Below, piece by piece: positions 45,524 to 55,249 of a stretch of 64,000 nucleotides of DNA (position 1 is the stretch's first letter; every line of letters starts with the position of its first letter). This stretch comes from an uncultured Rhizobium sp. (GTDB lineage Bacteria > Bacteroidota > Bacteroidia > NS11-12g > UBA955). The stretch spans positions 7,643 to 71,642 of the forward strand of contig CAYPBJ010000006.1 in NCBI GenBank assembly GCA_964408945.1. The letters are read 5' to 3'. The notes under the pieces were generated by a model that was given only the letters and a program-made list of their open reading frames with translations, searched no databases and was not told the origin of the DNA. The position numbers and the translations under genes were made by a program.

Positions 45524-47683
45524 ATGAACATTGAAAAGTTTTCCTATGACAACCGACCGGTAAAGTGGTTTGCATACGCTACCATTTTCTGGGGCGTAAT
45601 TGGCTTTATCGCTGGACTATGGGCTGCGATTGCCTTGTATTTTCCCGCCATCAATTTAGATTGGGCACCCACTACATTTGGTAGAATGAGGCCGGTTCAC
45701 ACGAATGCGGTCATTTTTGCTTTTGTAGGAAACGGAATTTTTATGGGTGTTTATTATTCGTTACAACGATTAGTGAAGGCTCGAATGTTCAGTGATGTGC
45801 TCAGCAAAATTCACTTCTGGGGATGGCAATTAATCATTGTTTTTGGCGCATTAACCCTTTGGATGGGGTATACCACAGGAAAAGAATACGCCGAATTGGA
45901 GTGGCCTTTAGATATAGCCATTACCTTGGTTTGGGTCATTTTTGGTATCAATATGTTTGGAACCATTATCAAGCGTAGAGAGCGTCACATTTATGTTGCA
46001 ATTTGGTTCTATATAGCAACTTGGGTAACCGTTGCTATGTTGCACATTGTCAATAGCATTGAATTACCTATCAGTTTCATGAAAAGTTACAGCTGGTATG
46101 CCGGCGTTCAAGATGCTTTGGTTCAATGGTGGTACGGTCACAATGCCGTGGCCTTTTTCTTAACTACTCCTTATTTGGGATTGATGTACTACTTCCTTCC
46201 CAAGGCAGCAAATAGACCGGTGTATTCTTACAGATTATCCATCATTCACTTTTGGGCCTTGATTTTTATTTATATCTGGGCTGGTCCTCACCACTTGTTG
46301 TATAGTGCGTTGCCAGATTGGGCTCAGTCTTTAGGTGTTGTCTTCTCAGTCATGTTGATTGCTCCTTCTTGGGGTGGAATGATTAACGGTTTATTCACCT
46401 TGAGAGGCGCTTGGGATCGTGTTCGTGAAGATGTTGTTCTGAAGTTCATGGTAGTTGCAATCACCGCATATGGTATGGCCACTTTCGAAGGACCCATGTT
46501 ATCATTGAAGAACGTCAATGCTATATCGCATTTTACCGATTGGACCATTGCGCACGTTCACGTTGGAGCCTTAGGCTGGAATGGATTTTTGACCTTTGGA
46601 GTTTTGTATTGGCTAATTCCAAAAATGTTTAGAACAGAACTTCATTCAAAAGGATTGGCCAATGCGCATTTTTGGTTGGGTACTTTGGGGATCGTATTTT
46701 ATGCCATTCCCATGTATTGGGCTGGTTTTACTCAAAGTTTAAACTGGAAAACATTCACTCCCGAAGGTACTTTACAATACTCTTTTCTTGATACGGTGAA
46801 TATGTTACTTCCCATGTATCAGTTGAGGAGTTTTGGGGGACTATTATACTTAACTGGCGCCATTCTTATGGTCATCAACATTTATAAAACCGTCAAAAAA
46901 GGGTCGTTTTTAGCCGAAGAGGAAGCTCAAGCGCCTGCTTTAGTTCCCTATGAAGCGCACAAAGGAGATCACTGGCACCGTGTTATTGAACGCAAACCCA
47001 TACAGATGCTGGTTTTAAGTTTATTGGTTGTTGCCTTAGGTGGTTTAATAGAAATGATTCCTACCTTTTTGGTGAAAACCAACATTCCAACCATTAGTTC
47101 GGTAAAGCCATATACGCCTTTGGAGTTGCATGGTCGTGATATTTACATTGCTGAAGGATGTTATACTTGTCACTCTCAAATGGTTCGTCCATTCAGAGAT
47201 GAGGTTAAACGGTATGGAGATTATTCAAAAGCGGGAGAGTTTGTATACGATCATCCATTCCAGTGGGGAAGTAAACGAACCGGTCCCGATTTGGCTCGAG
47301 TAGGAGGGAAATACAACAATGCATGGCATTTTAATCACATGTATGAGCCTACATCTACCAGTGAAGGATCAATAATGCCCCGTTACCCCTGGTTGCTTAC
47401 CAAAGGAATTGACATTCGTAGAACTCCTGACATGATCCGAGCGATGCAAACCATGGAAGTTCCCTACGATGTTGACTATGCAAACAGAGCAACCGAAGAC
47501 TTGGAAGCCCAAGCAAAGGTGATTTCAGATGATTTGAAATCGAACGAAGGCATCCGCCAGATATTGGAGGTGGAAGGTGTAAGAAATTTACAGCACTCAA
47601 GAATAGTTGCGCTTATTGCCTACCTACAGCGAATTGGAACAGATATTAAAAAGGCCCCTGTTAACACTTTGCCAGAAAACTAA
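45524..47683 (+). CDS. ccoN: cbb3-type cytochrome c oxidase, fused subunits I and II (CcoNO)
   Basis: The N-terminal ~480 aa are polytopic heme-copper oxidase subunit I, with conserved His residues (e.g. HFWALIFIYIWAGPHHL, AHVHVGALGW). The C-terminal ~230 aa carry the CcoO heme-c motif CYTCHSQMVRPF. This fusion is characteristic of Bacteroidota. Confidence 0.9.
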   Translation: MNIEKFSYDNRPVKWFAYATIFWGVIGFIAGLWAAIALYFPAINLDWAPTTFGRMRPVHTNAVIFAFVGNGIFMGVYYSLQRLVKARMFSDVLSKIHFWGWQLIIVFGALTLWMGYTTGKEYAELEWPLDIAITLVWVIFGINMFGTIIKRRERHIYVAIWFYIATWVTVAMLHIVNSIELPISFMKSYSWYAGVQDALVQWWYGHNAVAFFLTTPYLGLMYYFLPKAANRPVYSYRLSIIHFWALIFIYIWAGPHHLLYSALPDWAQSLGVVFSVMLIAPSWGGMINGLFTLRGAWDRVREDVVLKFMVVAITAYGMATFEGPMLSLKNVNAISHFTDWTIAHVHVGALGWNGFLTFGVLYWLIPKMFRTELHSKGLANAHFWLGTLGIVFYAIPMYWAGFTQSLNWKTFTPEGTLQYSFLDTVNMLLPMYQLRSFGGLLYLTGAILMVINIYKTVKKGSFLAEEEAQAPALVPYEAHKGDHWHRVIERKPIQMLVLSLLVVALGGLIEMIPTFLVKTNIPTISSVKPYTPLELHGRDIYIAEGCYTCHSQMVRPFRDEVKRYGDYSKAGEFVYDHPFQWGSKRTGPDLARVGGKYNNAWHFNHMYEPTSTSEGSIMPRYPWLLTKGIDIRRTPDMIRAMQTMEVPYDVDYANRATEDLEAQAKVISDDLKSNEGIRQILEVEGVRNLQHSRIVALIAYLQRIGTDIKKAPVNTLPEN

Positions 47684-47695
47684 TTAAACATTTTT

Positions 47696-47857
47696 ATGAA
47701 GTTTATTAATTATTTGAAAACCATTGATAGTGTGACTATCTATCCACTTGTAACTCTGGCTTTATTTATCCTATTCTTTTTTGTTGTGATTTTGTGGGTT
47801 TCAAAAGCCAATAAAAATTACATCGATAACGCAAAAAACATCCCTCTAAATGATTAA
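47696..47857 (+). CDS. ccoQ: CcoQ/FixQ-like small membrane subunit (53 aa); absent from the supplied ORF track, which lists nothing shorter than 60 aa
   Basis: Hand translation gives MKFINYLKTIDSVTIYPLVTLALFILFFFVVILWVSKANKNYIDNAKNIPLND. It has one TM helix, and the ATG is 13 nt after the ccoNO stop. The stop is 5 nt before the ccoP ATG. This is the canonical ccoQ position. Confidence 0.6.
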   Translation: MKFINYLKTIDSVTIYPLVTLALFILFFFVVILWVSKANKNYIDNAKNIPLND

Positions 47858-47862
47858 AAACG

Positions 47863-48993
47863 ATGAAATCTTTTAAAAACATGATAGCCCTGATGGGCGG
47901 GTTGTTCGTGTCAGGGTTGGCATGGGCACAAAATGACGGAGCAAACTTGGCTGTTGGGGTATCAGCTGATGCGGCACCCATTCAGCAAGTTTCAGGATTT
48001 TCCATGGAACAATACATTCCATGGATTCTCACAGTTACCGCCATTGCTTTGGCCATTGTCATATTATTTATGGGTAATTTATTGAGTAAGGTGGCCATCT
48101 CTAAATTTCGAGATTCGACAAAAGCAATTGCAATAATTTTTGCTTTCGGCATGATGAACGATGGCTCAGCGGCCGTAGAAATGTGGGCTGGTTTTACCAC
48201 CTCTCAATTGAATGTAATTTTACTCTCTATCATTGGATTTGAAGTACTTATCATATTGTATTTTGCTAATTGGTTAAAAGCAGTAGTACTTCCCCCGGCA
48301 CTTAAAGAAAAGTCTAAGAAAACGGCTTTTTGGAAGATTTGGTGGGATAAAATGAACAAATCAGTGGAGATTGAAAAGGAAAAAGATGTTCAATTGGATC
48401 ATGATTACGATGGCATTAAAGAGTTAGACAATGCATTGCCACCTTGGTGGGTTTATGGATTCTATTTAACCATTGTATTTGCCGGAATCTATGTTTGGAG
48501 ATATCATATTGCAGGAACAGCGCCCCTTCAAGTTCAAGAATTAAAGAATGAAATGGCGCAAGCCGAAATTCAACAAGCCTTGTACAATGAACAAAATGCA
48601 GCCAAGGTAGATGAAAATACAATCACCTATAGTGCAGATGCTGGTATGATTTCTGAAGGTGGAAAGCTATTTGCTAAAAATTGTGTTGCTTGTCATGCTG
48701 CTGATGGTGGTGGTGGCACCGGTCCCAACTTAACAGATGATTACTGGAAGCACGGAGGTGATATCAAAGACATTTTTAGAACCATTTCTAAAGGGGTACC
48801 TGAAATGGGAATGATTGCTTGGGGCGGAATTTTAACTGCCAAAGACGTAGCAAATTTAGCCACCTATGTAAAATCTATCAATGGCTCTAAAACTGCAGCT
48901 CCCAAAGCACCCGAAGGCACCCTTTTTCAAGAAGATAGTGCTCCAGTCAACACTGACACTGCTGATGCTACACCTAAGGTTTCAATGAAATAG
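47863..48993 (+). CDS. ccoP: cbb3-type cytochrome c oxidase subunit III (CcoP), mono-heme Bacteroidota form with an extended membrane N-terminus
   Basis: FixP_N-type motif HDYDGIKELDNALPPWW. One CxxCH motif (CVACHAADGGGGTGPNLTDDYW). Several N-terminal hydrophobic helices. Confidence 0.85.
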   Translation: MKSFKNMIALMGGLFVSGLAWAQNDGANLAVGVSADAAPIQQVSGFSMEQYIPWILTVTAIALAIVILFMGNLLSKVAISKFRDSTKAIAIIFAFGMMNDGSAAVEMWAGFTTSQLNVILLSIIGFEVLIILYFANWLKAVVLPPALKEKSKKTAFWKIWWDKMNKSVEIEKEKDVQLDHDYDGIKELDNALPPWWVYGFYLTIVFAGIYVWRYHIAGTAPLQVQELKNEMAQAEIQQALYNEQNAAKVDENTITYSADAGMISEGGKLFAKNCVACHAADGGGGTGPNLTDDYWKHGGDIKDIFRTISKGVPEMGMIAWGGILTAKDVANLATYVKSINGSKTAAPKAPEGTLFQEDSAPVNTDTADATPKVSMK

Positions 48994-49009
48994 TAACAAC
49001 AATCAAAAC

Positions 49010-50443
49010 ATGTCAATTCCTGACAATTCCGTCTTTGACGAGAATGATGAATACCGCAATAGAGTTTCAACCATAGATGAAAAAGGTAAGCGAAATTGGG
49101 TTTATGCATACAAGCCAACCGGGAGTTTTTATAACGCCCGAACATGGCTATCTGTAGTTTACTTATTGATTTTCTTTGGACTTCCTTTGATAAAATATAA
49201 GGGTGAACCATTCATGCTCTTGAATATTTTAGAGCGTAAGTTTGTTGTTTTTGGATTTGTTTTTTGGTCTCAGGATTTTTTCTTGTTTGGATTGACCATG
49301 ATTCTCTTTGTGGTCTTCATCATTGTTTTTACCGTTGCTTTCGGCCGACTGTTCTGCGGATGGGCTTGTCCACAAACCGTGTTTATGGAAATGGTATTCC
49401 GAAAACTCGAATATTTGATAGAAGGCGATGCCCCCAAACAAAGAGCATTTGATAAAATGCCTTGGAACGGGGAAAAGATCCGTAAAAGGGGTTTGAAATA
49501 TGCGGTATTCTTTGTTGTTTCTTTTTTAATAAGTAATACCTTTTTGGCGTATATCATAGGTGCTGATGAAGTGTATAAAATTGCTACAGAACCCCTGCAG
49601 CTGCATTTAGGTGGATTAATTGCCATGTTGGTATTCTCGAGCATCTTTTTCTTTATCTACGTTTGGTTCAGAGAACAAGTATGCACAGTGGTTTGTCCAT
49701 ACGGAAGGCTTCAGGGGGTATTGTTAGATAAGCATTCAGTGGTGGTTGCCTATGATTACGTTCGCGGCGAGCCGCGAGAAAAATTGAGAAAAGGACAAGA
49801 TCGCACTGCAGGAGATTGCATTGACTGTTTACAGTGTGTGCATGTTTGTCCAACTGGAATTGATATTCGAAACGGTACTCAATTAGAATGCACCCATTGT
49901 ACGGCTTGCATTGATGCCTGTGATAACATCATGGACAAAATCAATAAACCAAGGGGGTTGGTTCGTTATGCTTCCGAAACAACCATTGCAGAAAATAAGC
50001 CATTTGTGATCACACCCAGGCTCAAAGCATATATTGCTGTTTTGGTTGCACTACTGGGAATTTGGTTGTTGATTCTGACATCGCGTTCAACCGTTGAAAT
50101 GCAAATTAGAAAAGTTCCAGGACAGCTGTATACTATCACTGAAGATGGAAAATACCGCAATGCTTTTAACTTAATGCTAATCAATAAAAGCCATAACAAT
50201 ATAGATTCATTGTATTTGAAGATTCAAGATCAGCGATATGAAATTCAATGGGTTGATGGTGAATACTACCGAAAATTAGAGAAAGAGAAGATCAAACGCA
50301 CCACCTTTTTCATTTTGGTTGATCCTGATCAAGTTAAAGATAGAAAAGAGCCCATTCAAATTGACTTATACATGGGTGAACACTTGATGGTCTCTGAAAA
50401 AACAGCATTTTTGTCTCCGCATAAACCAAATAAAAAATCATGA
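49010..50443 (+). CDS. ccoG: Cytochrome c oxidase accessory protein CcoG/FixG (4Fe-4S ferredoxin-type)
   Basis: Motifs CGWACPQTV, CPYGRLQ, CIDCLQCVHVCPTGIDIRNG and CTHCTACIDACD, plus a C-terminal Ig-like FixG_C region. Confidence 0.9.
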   Translation: MSIPDNSVFDENDEYRNRVSTIDEKGKRNWVYAYKPTGSFYNARTWLSVVYLLIFFGLPLIKYKGEPFMLLNILERKFVVFGFVFWSQDFFLFGLTMILFVVFIIVFTVAFGRLFCGWACPQTVFMEMVFRKLEYLIEGDAPKQRAFDKMPWNGEKIRKRGLKYAVFFVVSFLISNTFLAYIIGADEVYKIATEPLQLHLGGLIAMLVFSSIFFFIYVWFREQVCTVVCPYGRLQGVLLDKHSVVVAYDYVRGEPREKLRKGQDRTAGDCIDCLQCVHVCPTGIDIRNGTQLECTHCTACIDACDNIMDKINKPRGLVRYASETTIAENKPFVITPRLKAYIAVLVALLGIWLLILTSRSTVEMQIRKVPGQLYTITEDGKYRNAFNLMLINKSHNNIDSLYLKIQDQRYEIQWVDGEYYRKLEKEKIKRTTFFILVDPDQVKDRKEPIQIDLYMGEHLMVSEKTAFLSPHKPNKKS

Positions 50444-50886
50444 ATTGGGGTAAAGGAATCATTTTAGTGTACGTGCTTTTTGTAGCAGGTATTGCATATT
50501 TAGTGTACGGTGCTACGCATACCACTTTTGAGTTGGTAGAAGAAAATTACTACGAGAAAGAATTGGCTTTTCAAAGTCAAATCAATTGGACAAAAAACGC
50601 CATTGATCAGAAAATGAAAATTGTTGTTCAAGAGGTAGGTTCAAAAATTCAGATATCCGTTGTAAGTAAAGACAGCAATACCAATGCTGATTTCACGTCA
50701 GCAAGTGTTTGGTTTTACAACGCCATGGACAAATCAAAAGACCAACATCTTGAATTAGGCAATGCCATTGAGGCTCATTGGTTGGTTGATGGAAATCTTC
50801 CCAAAGGTCATTTTGAGGTGAAAGTAAGATGGAATAATGTATCGAAAGATACATTCTTTGCAGTGACCGAATTTATAAAAAAATAG
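50440..50886 (+). CDS. ccoH: FixH/CcoH-family protein
   Basis: N-terminal TM helix (NWGKGIILVYVLFVAGIAYLVYGA) followed by ENYYEKELAFQ. ATGA overlap with ccoG. Confidence 0.8.
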   Translation: MNWGKGIILVYVLFVAGIAYLVYGATHTTFELVEENYYEKELAFQSQINWTKNAIDQKMKIVVQEVGSKIQISVVSKDSNTNADFTSASVWFYNAMDKSKDQHLELGNAIEAHWLVDGNLPKGHFEVKVRWNNVSKDTFFAVTEFIKK

Positions 50887-51567
50887 ATGATTCTGGCACC
50901 TCTTTTTAGCGGTTTGGTTCTAGGCGCTGCCGGAAGTATGCATTGTGTGGGAATGTGCGGCCCATTGGCCCTTCTTTTGCCAGGCGGCACTTTTTCAGTG
51001 ACTGCAATCTATCATTTGGGAAGAACCTCTATCTATGTCATTTTGGGTGTTTTGGTAGGTGCTTTGCTCGAGTTTATTGATGTGAGGCAATATGAGCAAT
51101 GGTTCTCATTGTTCTTGGGCGGCCTTTTTCTTTTACTTTGGATTTATGATTTCTGGGGACGTAAATCTGTAGGAAGTTCGCCCATCCAGGCTTGGTTGAA
51201 CAAACAGTTTAGCCTATCTATTAAAAGAAATTCATTGTGGGGTTGGTGGATAGCGGGAATGGTCAATGGCCTTTTACCTTGTGGATTGGTGTATGGCGCT
51301 CTACTGGCATCGATGGGATTTGGAAGTTTATCTGGTTCGGTATTGTTCATGTTTGGATTTGGTGTTGCCACGGCTCCAATTTTGTTATTGATTTCGCTTG
51401 GAAAACGGGTAATTGCACAAAAAATGGGCTTGCTTTCTCAGAAAATTTTGCCGTTTTGGCTGCTGATAATGGCTTTGGTGTTTTTGTTGAGGGGAGCAAA
51501 TTTGGGTATCCCGTTTTTAAGTCCAAAAATGAAAGCACCAACTCAAAAACACGCTTGCTGCCATTGA
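50887..51567 (+). CDS. DsbD_2 / TauE-SafE-like membrane protein commonly linked to cco clusters
   Basis: HCxxMCGP motif (SMHCVGMCGPLAL), six or so hydrophobic helices, and a C-terminal HACCH. The start directly abuts the ccoH stop. Confidence 0.7.
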   Translation: MILAPLFSGLVLGAAGSMHCVGMCGPLALLLPGGTFSVTAIYHLGRTSIYVILGVLVGALLEFIDVRQYEQWFSLFLGGLFLLLWIYDFWGRKSVGSSPIQAWLNKQFSLSIKRNSLWGWWIAGMVNGLLPCGLVYGALLASMGFGSLSGSVLFMFGFGVATAPILLLISLGKRVIAQKMGLLSQKILPFWLLIMALVFLLRGANLGIPFLSPKMKAPTQKHACCH

Positions 51568-51634
51568 AATTTGGGGCTTGTGTAAGTGGGTTTCTCTTTA
51601 TAACTTTGGGAGTACCCCAAATAAACTATGCCTC

Positions 51635-52345
51635 ATGAGTTTCGATCACAAAGAACTTGACTGTAAGAATTGTGTAAAGCGCTTTAATTCTGTTTTTTGT
51701 CGCGCGGAAAATGATTCTTTAGATTCCATCAACGAAGAAAAGGTTTGTACTCCCTATAAAAAAGGCCAGTACATATTTCATGAAGGAATGCGTCCGCATG
51801 GGGTGTTTTGTGTGAATTATGGTAAAATCAAACTATCCAAACTAGGCGATGATGGCAAAGAGCAAATCTTGAGATTGGTAAAAGCAGGTGATCTTTTGGG
51901 ATATAGATCCTTATTGGGAGAAGATAAATATTTTGCTAGCGCCATAGTTATGGAAGATGCAGGTGTGTGTTTCATTCCGAAGCATTTGTTTATGGGAGTT
52001 CTTCAAAAAGACGGTGTGTTGAGCATGGAAATCATGAAATTGCTTTCGGATGATTTGAAAAAGGCAGACCAACACATCACTCACATGGCTCAAAAACCCG
52101 TTAGAGAGCGTCTTGCAGAGGCACTTTTGTTTATCAAAGAAACCTATGGTTACGAAGTCGATGGCAAAACTTTGAATCTGAAAATAACCCGCGAAGAGTT
52201 GGCGAATTTAGTTGGAACTGCTACAGAAACCGTCATTCGACTACTTTCTGATTTTAAGCATGATAATTTGGTATTGCTAGAAGGGAAGAAAATATTAATT
52301 CAGAACCTCCCCGGTTTGGTCAAGACTGCTAGAATTGAGGATTAA
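51635..52345 (+). CDS. FNR-type (Crp/Fnr family) oxygen-responsive transcription regulator
   Basis: N-terminal Cys set C10-x2-C13-x8-C22 plus C112 in the context GVCFIP (E. coli FNR has C20, C23, C29 and C122 in MVCEIP). A cNMP-like beta-roll is present. The HTH recognition helix is TETVIRLL (E. coli VETISRLL). Start is placed at ATG 51635 (MSFDHKEL). Confidence 0.8.
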   Translation: MSFDHKELDCKNCVKRFNSVFCRAENDSLDSINEEKVCTPYKKGQYIFHEGMRPHGVFCVNYGKIKLSKLGDDGKEQILRLVKAGDLLGYRSLLGEDKYFASAIVMEDAGVCFIPKHLFMGVLQKDGVLSMEIMKLLSDDLKKADQHITHMAQKPVRERLAEALLFIKETYGYEVDGKTLNLKITREELANLVGTATETVIRLLSDFKHDNLVLLEGKKILIQNLPGLVKTARIED

Positions 52346-52936
52346 TTCCTCTAGTTCGCGTCTTGATTTCTGTTGATCAGCATATTCTTTTGAATGTATG
52401 TTGACCGTTTGGGTATTAAAGAAATTAATGGAATTGCTTTGAACCAATTGGTTTAATTTCTTTGGAGATAATCCAGAAGCTGAAATTCCAATAATTCCAC
52501 CTCTAGCATTTAATTTGGAGATCAACTCAATATTTTTAGAAAATTCTTTTACGCTGTTTAACTCATGAAAGAACACAGAGTATTTTTCTATATGAAGGTC
52601 CCATAATTCATCTTTGTAGGAACCGTATTGCAAATCAGATTGAGGCAAAAGATGAATATGATTGCTCCACCGAGTGCTTTTATGGTGCTCGTCAACGATA
52701 GACTGTATGCTTTGGTGTGGCTTGAAAGTGAAATAGAAAAAAAACTGTCCAACAATCCCAAGTTCGCTGAATAAGTGGTTAAACTGAGTAATCAATTCTT
52801 CTTTACAACTAAACGGCAACCCTATGTAAAATTCTTGTTTGAGACAGAATTTTATGTGTTTTTGATAGTGCAAAATCACTTCGGCAGTATTTACGGATTC
52901 ACGATGAATGAAAACGTCTGAGTCAATGATGTTCAT
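52295..52936 (-). CDS. Hypothetical protein (213 aa)
   Basis: Long ORF with no signal peptide and no family recognised. Its 3' end overlaps the fnr-like gene's 3' end by 51 nt in convergent orientation. Confidence 0.45.
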   Translation of the reverse strand: MNIIDSDVFIHRESVNTAEVILHYQKHIKFCLKQEFYIGLPFSCKEELITQFNHLFSELGIVGQFFFYFTFKPHQSIQSIVDEHHKSTRWSNHIHLLPQSDLQYGSYKDELWDLHIEKYSVFFHELNSVKEFSKNIELISKLNARGGIIGISASGLSPKKLNQLVQSNSINFFNTQTVNIHSKEYADQQKSRRELEELILNSSSLDQTGEVLN

Positions 52937-53040
52937 ATGAAGTCAACAAGCATCGACAAATTTCTACGTCTAAGAGCACATCACCTAACTTTGATCGGTG
53001 AAAGTTATAAGATGTTACAATAACTTACAGTGGCAGATTA

Positions 53041-54240
53041 CTATTTATTAGAATTGTTAGTGGCTATGAAGCCCAAATAACCTAGAGTGGCTGCGATGAC
53101 ACTTGCAGAAATGATGCTGATTTTGGCTAGATTGATGTGCGATTCATTGGTAAAGGCCAAGTTAGAAACAAAGATTGACATGGTGAATCCAATTCCTCCC
53201 AATATTCCGGCAGCTAATAACATTCCTTTGCTAATGTTGGATGAAATTTCTGCAATTTTTAATTTCTGGGCAATGATGCTGAAGGAAAATATTCCCAAGG
53301 GTTTACCGATTAAAAGTCCAAAGAAAACACCAATAGAAAGCGGGGTAAACGCATCGTTTAGAATGCGGGTATCAATGGGAATAGCGGTATTGGCAGCAGC
53401 AAACAAAGGCAATATCAAAAATGAGACGATGCCAGATAGTTTATGTTCAATTTGATTGGCCAATTTCTTTTCTTTGTTCGTCTGTCTGGGGAGCATGAAA
53501 GCTAAAATTACCCCTGCAATGGTAGCATGTATGCCGGTATGCAGCATGGCAAACCATAGGGCAAAACCAAGTATTGTGTACAACCATGCATAATCCCAAT
53601 TTTTGCGATCGGCAATTTCTAAGATCAGAATAATGGCAGCAGCAACAGCCATCCAACCCCAAGAAATGGGCTGACCATAAAAAATGGCGATGATTAAAAT
53701 AGCGCCTAAGTCATCAATAATGGCCAACGCTGTTAGAAAAACTTTTAATGCAGGCGGAACTCGGTCTCCCAATAAACCCAAAATGGCAATGGCAAAGGCA
53801 ATATCGGTGGCAGTGGGAATACCAATACCTGAGATGGTTTCCGGAGAATTTAAATTCACTAAAAAATAAATCAGGGCCGGAATCATCATGCCTCCAAGAG
53901 CGCCCATGACAGGCAGTAAGGCTTTCTTTCGGTCACTTAGTTCACCATCAATCAATTCTCTTTTAATTTCAATTCCAACCAAAAGAAAGAAAATGGTCAT
54001 CAGCGCGTCGTTTATCCAATCAGTAACGCTGTGTTTTAGGTGTAAATGGTATGCTTCTGATCCAAATTCAAACTTCCACATATTTACGTATTCTGTTGAC
54101 CAAATGCTGTTTGCGATAAATAATGAGGCTAAGGTGAACAGCACTAAAAGAATACCAGCCGATTGTTGATGTTGAAAAAATTCTTTAAACAAATGTGTTA
54201 ATCGAATTCTTGGAGCTCGGCGTTTTTCCATGGACTTCAA
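53041..54240 (-). CDS. nhaA: Na+/H+ antiporter NhaA
   Basis: About 12 TM helices and the diagnostic ALAIIDDLGAILIIAIFY (DD pair) motif. Size is typical at 399 aa. Confidence 0.9.
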   Translation of the reverse strand: MKSMEKRRAPRIRLTHLFKEFFQHQQSAGILLVLFTLASLFIANSIWSTEYVNMWKFEFGSEAYHLHLKHSVTDWINDALMTIFFLLVGIEIKRELIDGELSDRKKALLPVMGALGGMMIPALIYFLVNLNSPETISGIGIPTATDIAFAIAILGLLGDRVPPALKVFLTALAIIDDLGAILIIAIFYGQPISWGWMAVAAAIILILEIADRKNWDYAWLYTILGFALWFAMLHTGIHATIAGVILAFMLPRQTNKEKKLANQIEHKLSGIVSFLILPLFAAANTAIPIDTRILNDAFTPLSIGVFFGLLIGKPLGIFSFSIIAQKLKIAEISSNISKGMLLAAGILGGIGFTMSIFVSNLAFTNESHINLAKISIISASVIAATLGYLGFIATNNSNK

Positions 54241-54267
54241 AAATAAAGGTTATTTTCGCAATTCACC

Positions 54268-55245
54268 TTGAAACCTATCGATTACATTCGCCGTTGCATA
54301 GATTTGGCAGCCCAGGCCAAGGGTTGGGTGAATCCTAATCCGTTAGTGGGGTGTGTAATTGTACATGGAGATGAAATCATTTCTGAAGGCTGGCATAGAG
54401 GGTACGGTCAAGCTCATGCTGAACGAATGGCCATTAATGAATACTTGAGCGCCGGCAATGATTCTGAGATTTTCAAAGAATGCGATTTATATGTGAGTCT
54501 TGAGCCATGTTCGCATTTCGGAAAGACACCTCCCTGTGCAGATTTGTTGGTGAAACATCGATTTAAAAGGGTATTCGTGTCTATGTTAGATCCAAACATT
54601 CTAGTTGCAGGTAGTGGAATAGAGAAACTAAAGCAGGCAGGAATTTCGGTAGAAGTAGGAATTGGTGAGATGTTGGCACGTTCACAAAACCGTTTTTTTC
54701 TTTGTTTTCATGAAAAAAAACGTCCGTACATCATTCTAAAATGGGCTGAAACTTCCGATGGTTTTATCGCTCCAGAATCACGCACTAGAACCGCCATTTC
54801 TGGTGTAGAATCTCAAAAATACGTGCATGCTTTGCGGCAAGAATGTAGTGCGATACTCGTGGGGCGAACCACTCTTTTAGGTGATAATCCTCAATTGACT
54901 GATCGATATTTTGGTGGACCACAGCCAGTTAAATTCGTACTTTCATCTGCTTGGAGTGGCGATTTGGATGATGATTTTCAGAAGGTTGAAAATATTCAGC
55001 AACTCATCAAAATTTGTATGGAAGATGGCTTGAATTCGGTTCTTGTTGAAGGCGGACTTCAAACCTTGGAATATTTTTTAGCCAATGGTCTTGTTGATGA
55101 AGTGCATAAAATACAGAGTAAATCTATGGCTTTAGGGGTTGGAATAAAGGGCCCACAATTTGACCATGATCTTCTCAGTCTAGAAATAGTATCTAACACC
55201 GAAAATGAAAGTGATTCTATCACTGTTTATAAAAGAAAAAGTTGA
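54268..55245 (+). CDS. ribD: Bifunctional riboflavin biosynthesis deaminase/reductase RibD
   Basis: CMP/dCMP deaminase zinc motifs HAERMAI and LEPCSHFGKTPPC, plus a C-terminal RibD_C reductase region. TTG start; there is no in-frame ATG between it and the conserved N-terminal region, which begins almost immediately. Confidence 0.85.
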   Translation: MKPIDYIRRCIDLAAQAKGWVNPNPLVGCVIVHGDEIISEGWHRGYGQAHAERMAINEYLSAGNDSEIFKECDLYVSLEPCSHFGKTPPCADLLVKHRFKRVFVSMLDPNILVAGSGIEKLKQAGISVEVGIGEMLARSQNRFFLCFHEKKRPYIILKWAETSDGFIAPESRTRTAISGVESQKYVHALRQECSAILVGRTTLLGDNPQLTDRYFGGPQPVKFVLSSAWSGDLDDDFQKVENIQQLIKICMEDGLNSVLVEGGLQTLEYFLANGLVDEVHKIQSKSMALGVGIKGPQFDHDLLSLEIVSNTENESDSITVYKRKS

Positions 55246-55249
55246 TTGA

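Noticed and set aside
54241-54267. Looked for an FMN riboswitch upstream of ribD.
   Set aside because: Only 27 nt separate the divergent nhaA and ribD start codons. That is far too short for the ~130-nt RFN element, and no RFN-like conserved stems are visible nearby.
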